From Mobula hypostoma (Eukaryota), in assembly GCF_963921235.1 (NCBI RefSeq), contig NC_086118.1, forward strand, positions 28,024,001-28,088,000: a stretch of 64,000 nt of DNA. The letters run 5' to 3'. Below are positions 59,453 through 64,000 of the stretch, piece after piece; position 1 is the stretch's first letter, and each line of letters begins with the position of its first letter. The notes under the pieces are model-generated. The model did not search any database. It saw only the letters and a program-made list of their open reading frames with translations, and was not told where the DNA came from. The translations under genes and the position numbers were made by a program.

Positions 59453-59565
59453 CTGGAGATAATTCCTCTTTGGAAGGCAGAAGAGACCCACTGCTCAGAG
59501 TAGTGATAATTAGCGATAACCCTTTCAGAAGAGAGACTACAGTAGTTCAGCAAACTAGTCTTTGA
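59453..59565 (+). CDS. B7-like gene 2: candidate alternative long terminal exon ending QQTSL*
   Basis: T-rich acceptor …tttgatttgcattgttAG; phase-1 open frame AGDNSSLEGRRDPLLRVVIISDNPFRRETTVVQQTSL*. Confidence 0.35.
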
Positions 59566-59729
59566 AATATAACTTAATATTGTGTCACCTCTCTTGAATG
59601 ACATGCCAGTAGATAACGACCAGGTAAAATTTAAGATCTTAACATGATATAGAACGAATAGAACTGCATATCATCACACTTCTCTATCAACTAGGCTCTA
59701 ATGCCCTCTGATTTTTATGCCTCGTTCCC

Positions 59730-60160
59730 TGATGTTTGCTTTCTTTGATCTCTACTCCCAAGGTCTTCCCTTCTATTGCTTCGCTTTGCCCTCCACTCCC
59801 CATTTCTACCCTTCAATCCCTTCTTCTCTGCTCTCCACTCCTCCCCCTCCCCTTTGATTCCTTCTGTCCTTCCACTTGCAATACCGCCCCATCATCTCCC
59901 CCCTTAATCTCCTGTGCTCTTCTCATCAATCTCCTTTCCACTCCTCACCAGTTCCCTCTTTCTCATCTGACACTTTCTCCTTTCCCCTCTCATTCTTTCG
60001 CTCTCCAGTCCAATTCTCATTCACTTCCCTCTGATTCCAGTTCCTCATTTCTCCACTCCTCTCATCCCTTCTTCTCTGCTTCAGATCATTTGAACTTTCT
60101 TCCACACAGCCCATTGCTTCTCCCTCCTCTTCCCACATCACATTTCCCTTTCTGTTTTCA
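59730..60160. repeat. CT-rich low-complexity tract
   Basis: Polypyrimidine composition. Confidence 0.8.
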
Positions 60161-60559
60161 ATTAAGTAACAAGCTGACGAAATCGTGACATTAGAAAATA
60201 CACTCTGGCTACCTCACCCATTCATGCATTGTGCACAGATTGGATTGCAGTTCGGTCCTGTAGGATTCTGACCTTCCAATAAAGTCATCTGTAAATCTGC
60301 TTACTGCCATGGGAAAATTTTGTTGGTTGGCTGTGACATGGGTTTATTGTACCACTGGTTTATTCAGCTGCACCGATCTCTCACTCCACCTAGTGGGCAG
60401 AATCATATTCCTCAATATGAGGAAATGTCCCCTTGCTGAAATTAAAAGGAAGTGCTGAATTAAATATACAAATGCTGTTAATTCATGGTTCAGAGTTAGA
60501 AGTTCGCATTACAGACAGCAGAAAACGTACAACACTGTCCTGGTGGTGCTTTCAGCTCC

Positions 60560-62020
60560 TTGTTCAAACTATTTGTTGGGAGTCAGAGATACAGACCAGT
60601 CTATGAGCAACACAAAAGTTACCGGTGGAACTCCGTAGGTCAGGCAGCATCAATGGAGGGGAATAAACAGTCAACATTCTGGACTGAGACTCGTCATCAG
60701 GACTGGAAAGAAAAGGGGAAGAGGTCAGAATAAGAAGAAGGGGAGAAGAAACAGCACAAGCTGGCAGGTGATAGGTGAAGCCAGGAGAGGGGGAAAGAAC
60801 TGTGAAGCTGGGAGGTGATAGGTAGAAAACATAACGGGCTGAAAAAGAAGGAATTTCATAGGAGAGATCCAAGGGAGAAAGGGAAGAAAAGGGGCACCAG
60901 AGAGGGGTGTTGAGCAAGTGAGGAGACACAAAGTGGTAAGAGGGAACCAGAATGGGAATAGAATAAGACAGAAGGAGGAGGGGGAAGAAATTACCAGAAG
61001 TTAGAGAAATGGTGTTTATGTCATCAGGTTGGAGGCTACCTAGATGGAATATGGGGAGCTGCTCTTCCAACCTGACAGTGGCCTCATTGTCATAGTAGAG
61101 GAGGCCATGGACTGATATGTTGGAATGTGAATAGGAAGTAGAATGTAGATATATGGCCAATGGGAAATCCTGCCAGATGATGACGTGTTGCCTCACCTGG
61201 ACGGACTGTTTGGGGCCCTGAATGTTGGTGATGGAAGAAGTGAAGGGGCAGGTGTAGCACTTGTGCCACTTGCAGGGATAAGTGCCTGGAGGGAGATCAG
61301 TGGGGAAGGATGAGTGGACAATGGAGTCACCTAGAGATGGAAATCTGTGCCCTACAGAAAACAGAGAATGGGGGGTGGTAGGGAAAGATGTGCTTAGTGA
61401 AGATGGCAGATGTTAAAGAGAATGATGTTCTGGATGTGGAGGCTCGTGGGATTATAGGTAATGGTTAGGCGAGCATGGATATCCAGGAAATAAAGGAGAT
61501 ACGGGTAAGGGCGGTATCAATTGTAGAGGAAATGAAACTGCATTCTTTGAAGGAAGCGGACATCTCAGATGTTCTGGAATGGAAAGCCTTATCCTGAGAA
61601 CAGAGGAAGCAGAGTTAAGGGAATTGAGAGAAGGGAAAAGCATTTTTACAAGTGACAGAGTGAAAAAAGGGCTACACAAGATATCTGTGAGATTCGATAG
61701 GTTTATATAAAAAAAATCAGTAAACAGTGTGCTTTCAGAGAGATTGAGAAAGGGGAGAGAACTGTCAACAATTCACCAAGTAAATCTGAGAGTGGAGTAG
61801 AAGTTGGGGGCAAAGTTGATGAAATTGATAAAGCAGTGCCAAGTTGTAAATGTGGTGCAGAAAGTATTGGAGAGCATTACCAGTGTAGGCTTGGAGCATG
61901 GACTGTTCCAAGCAGCTGATGAAAAGGTAGGCATAGTGCCAGGTCCAGCATTGGGAAAGTGGTCCTATCATTATACCATTTGTGGGGTTGAACACACAGA
62001 TTCTGCATATACAGCACATT
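60560..62020 (-). mobile_element. Old decayed Penelope element (GIY-YIG and RT fragments)
   Basis: SHSNISVHGLLYYDNEATVRLEEQLPIFHLGSLQPDDIN; degenerate hammerhead ~60669-60703. Confidence 0.75.
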
Positions 62021-62519
62021 GAGATTACTGACTTAGATTAATAACGCAGAGAGAAGATAAGGATTCCTCTCATATTTGAGCACAGGAAGAATGTGGTAAC
62101 AACGGAAAGAGTGCAGAAGAAAGTCACCATGATGTTGCTTGGAATAGAGTGCTGTAGTGCAATAGTGAGACTGGATAGAGATTTACCAAATTAACAGGGA
62201 TACAAATGGATAAAGTGTCACGAATCTTTGGTTTCTCAAGGCAGGAGACTCTAGAACTAGTAGGACACATTTTAGGTGAGAGGGGTTGAAATTTAAATGA
62301 GTTTGAAAGGGTAAGCTTTCACACAGAGTGTGGTGATTATCTGGACTGAGCTGCTGGAGGAAGTGGCAGAGGAATATATAATGGTTAAAAGGGCTTTAGA
62401 AAGGTATTTGGATTGCAAAGGCATCCAGGGAGAAGGGCCTAATGCGGGGAAAAAAGGGTTTGCTTAGATGGGCACCACAATCATTGCAGATCAAGTCCAT
62501 TTTAGAGCTACAACTCTAC

Positions 62520-63170
62520 AGTTCCAAACCAGACACACACAATAGACGTACTTTCTTTCAGCTGTGTTGCCTAACTAAAGCCCCATTTGCTCTCTCTAGT
62601 GGGTACGAAACTTCCAAAAAGAGAAACATGTAGGCCTGGTAGTTTCCTGCCCTTCTTTGAGAAAAAAAAAGCTGTACCTAACATACTTAGCATTCACTGT
62701 GTAATTTATAGACAACATCTTGTAACAAAATATCTAAGTGACCGGCCAGAGAAATCATTAAACACTTATTTCAGCGGTAAATAAAATAATGTCCCATATT
62801 CTCAATTCTAGAAATTTAGAGAGCTTTGTATTGAGAATAATGAACAGTTTGAAGGCCTGCTGTTGCACACAGAAGTCAAATGGCTCTCAAAAGGAACCTG
62901 CTAGAGACGCTTTTATGGGCTTTTTGAAATTGTGATAAAATTCTTTGAGCACTTGAAAGCTTCATTCAGTAATAAACATAAGAATATTAGGCATGACATT
63001 TCTTATTATTTGCAAAGCTTTCTGAAATAACTCTTCAATTGCAATGAAATGATGTGAATCTTATCAAAGTCAAATCAGTGGTCTCCATGTTTTTGTCCAT
63101 GTTATCTCTATTGAAGTACAACATTGGTCATTGCAACCTTTTCCAATTTCCAAGCCTCTATGAGTTGGGC
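62520..63170 (+). mobile_element. hAT (Charlie/Buster) transposase remnant
   Basis: PNILSIHCVIYRQHL and LLLHTEVKWLSKGTC*, matching the HCxxHR…HTEVRWLSKG motifs; contains stops and frameshifts. Confidence 0.75.
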
Positions 63171-63189
63171 ATGAGAACATTAGTTTTTT

Positions 63190-63960
63190 GACAACAACAA
63201 GCTATTCGGCCCAATTATGCTTGCTAAATTCCTATTCAAATAGTGTGTTGAAATAACTTATCGAGTTTAGATTTAGAAGTTACTAAGGTACTACTCTCAA
63301 CTACACAAGTGGGTAGTTTGTTCCATGTATCCACTTGCTCTGTAAAGAAATGCTTCCTGATGTTAATCTGAAATCTCCCTTTAACCAGTTAAGGGCCTGT
63401 GCCCTTGATGATGGATTAATTTTGAAATAATAACTGGCACCCACTTTACTTATACCCTTAATGATGTGGAACACCTATATCATGTCTCCTTTCATTCTAC
63501 ATCTACTTAGGCTAAAAATATTCAATTCTTTCAATCTTTCTTCAGAGTTCAAATCCTGCAGACCTGGAATGAATCTAGTTGCCCTTCTCTGAACTTTCTT
63601 CACATTCCTCACAAAATATGGAGCCAAAATTGTACACAGAACTCAAGGTGACCTCACAGGAGCATTAAACAGCTTAAGGAGAATGTATTTTGACTTGAAC
63701 TCCACTGAACATATGCAAGTGATATCAACCACTCTATTGTTATCATAAACTTTAGTTGCTTCTTCATAGAACTCCAGCACATTAGTAAAACATGGTTTCC
63801 TCTTTCCGAACTCATGCTGGGATTCTGGTAACACACCTGTTCTAGTCAGCTTCTTTTCCATCTCATTTGTTATTATTGTTTCCATTATCTTGCCTGCGAC
63901 AAATGTCAAGCTTACTGGATTATAGTTACCAGTGTCAGTGTGGTCACCCTTCTTATATGG
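63190..63960 (-). mobile_element. CR1 fragment
   Basis: TFVAGKIMETII…LPESQHEFGKRKPCFTNVLEFYEE. Confidence 0.75.
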
Positions 63961-64000
63961 TTGGTTAGTTGTTCGTCCATCTTTGACGTCGATGAGGACC

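Noticed and set aside
59736-60188. 150-aa S/P/L-rich ORF
   Set aside because: Artefact of a CT-rich low-complexity tract
43297-63170. Domesticated hAT genes (ZBED5/SCAND3/GTF2IRD2-like) at 43297-43656 and 62520-63170
   Set aside because: Only fragments, with stops or TIRs and no exon structure
56040-64000. B30.2/PRY-SPRY exon downstream of gene 2
   Set aside because: No LDPxTA or SPRY-like ORF found in the window; it could lie beyond the window end

Overview
Eukaryotic vertebrate genomic DNA, not prokaryotic. The repeat families (HE1/V-SINE, CR1, Rex1/Babar, Penelope) point to a cartilaginous fish, probably a ray; this is an inference. Most of the window is transposon-derived. The main genic content is a tandem + strand pair of B7/butyrophilin-type Ig-superfamily genes (signal-IgV-IgC-TM-short tail, phase-1 introns). 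Gene 1 coding exons lie at 32410-41911 (about 268 aa) and gene 2 at 49316-56995 or 59565 (about 297 or 332 aa). Both IgV domains are non-canonical: they lack the C-strand Trp, have Tyr in place of the F-strand Cys, and carry an extra A-strand Cys 16 residues before the B-strand Cys. Both genes lie behind CpG-rich regions carrying IRF/ISRE motifs. Other content: Penelope-like elements whose terminal repeats contain minimal hammerhead ribozymes, including a 231-bp back-to-back double-hammerhead palindrome with TSD; a collapsed ERV; two solo LTRs with TSDs; Chapaev, hAT, Tc1 and mariner remnants; and a few phase-compatible + strand exons of an unidentified gene at 5.8-16.7 kb. No tRNA or rRNA genes and no CRISPR arrays were found. 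All alignments and splice calls were made by eye.
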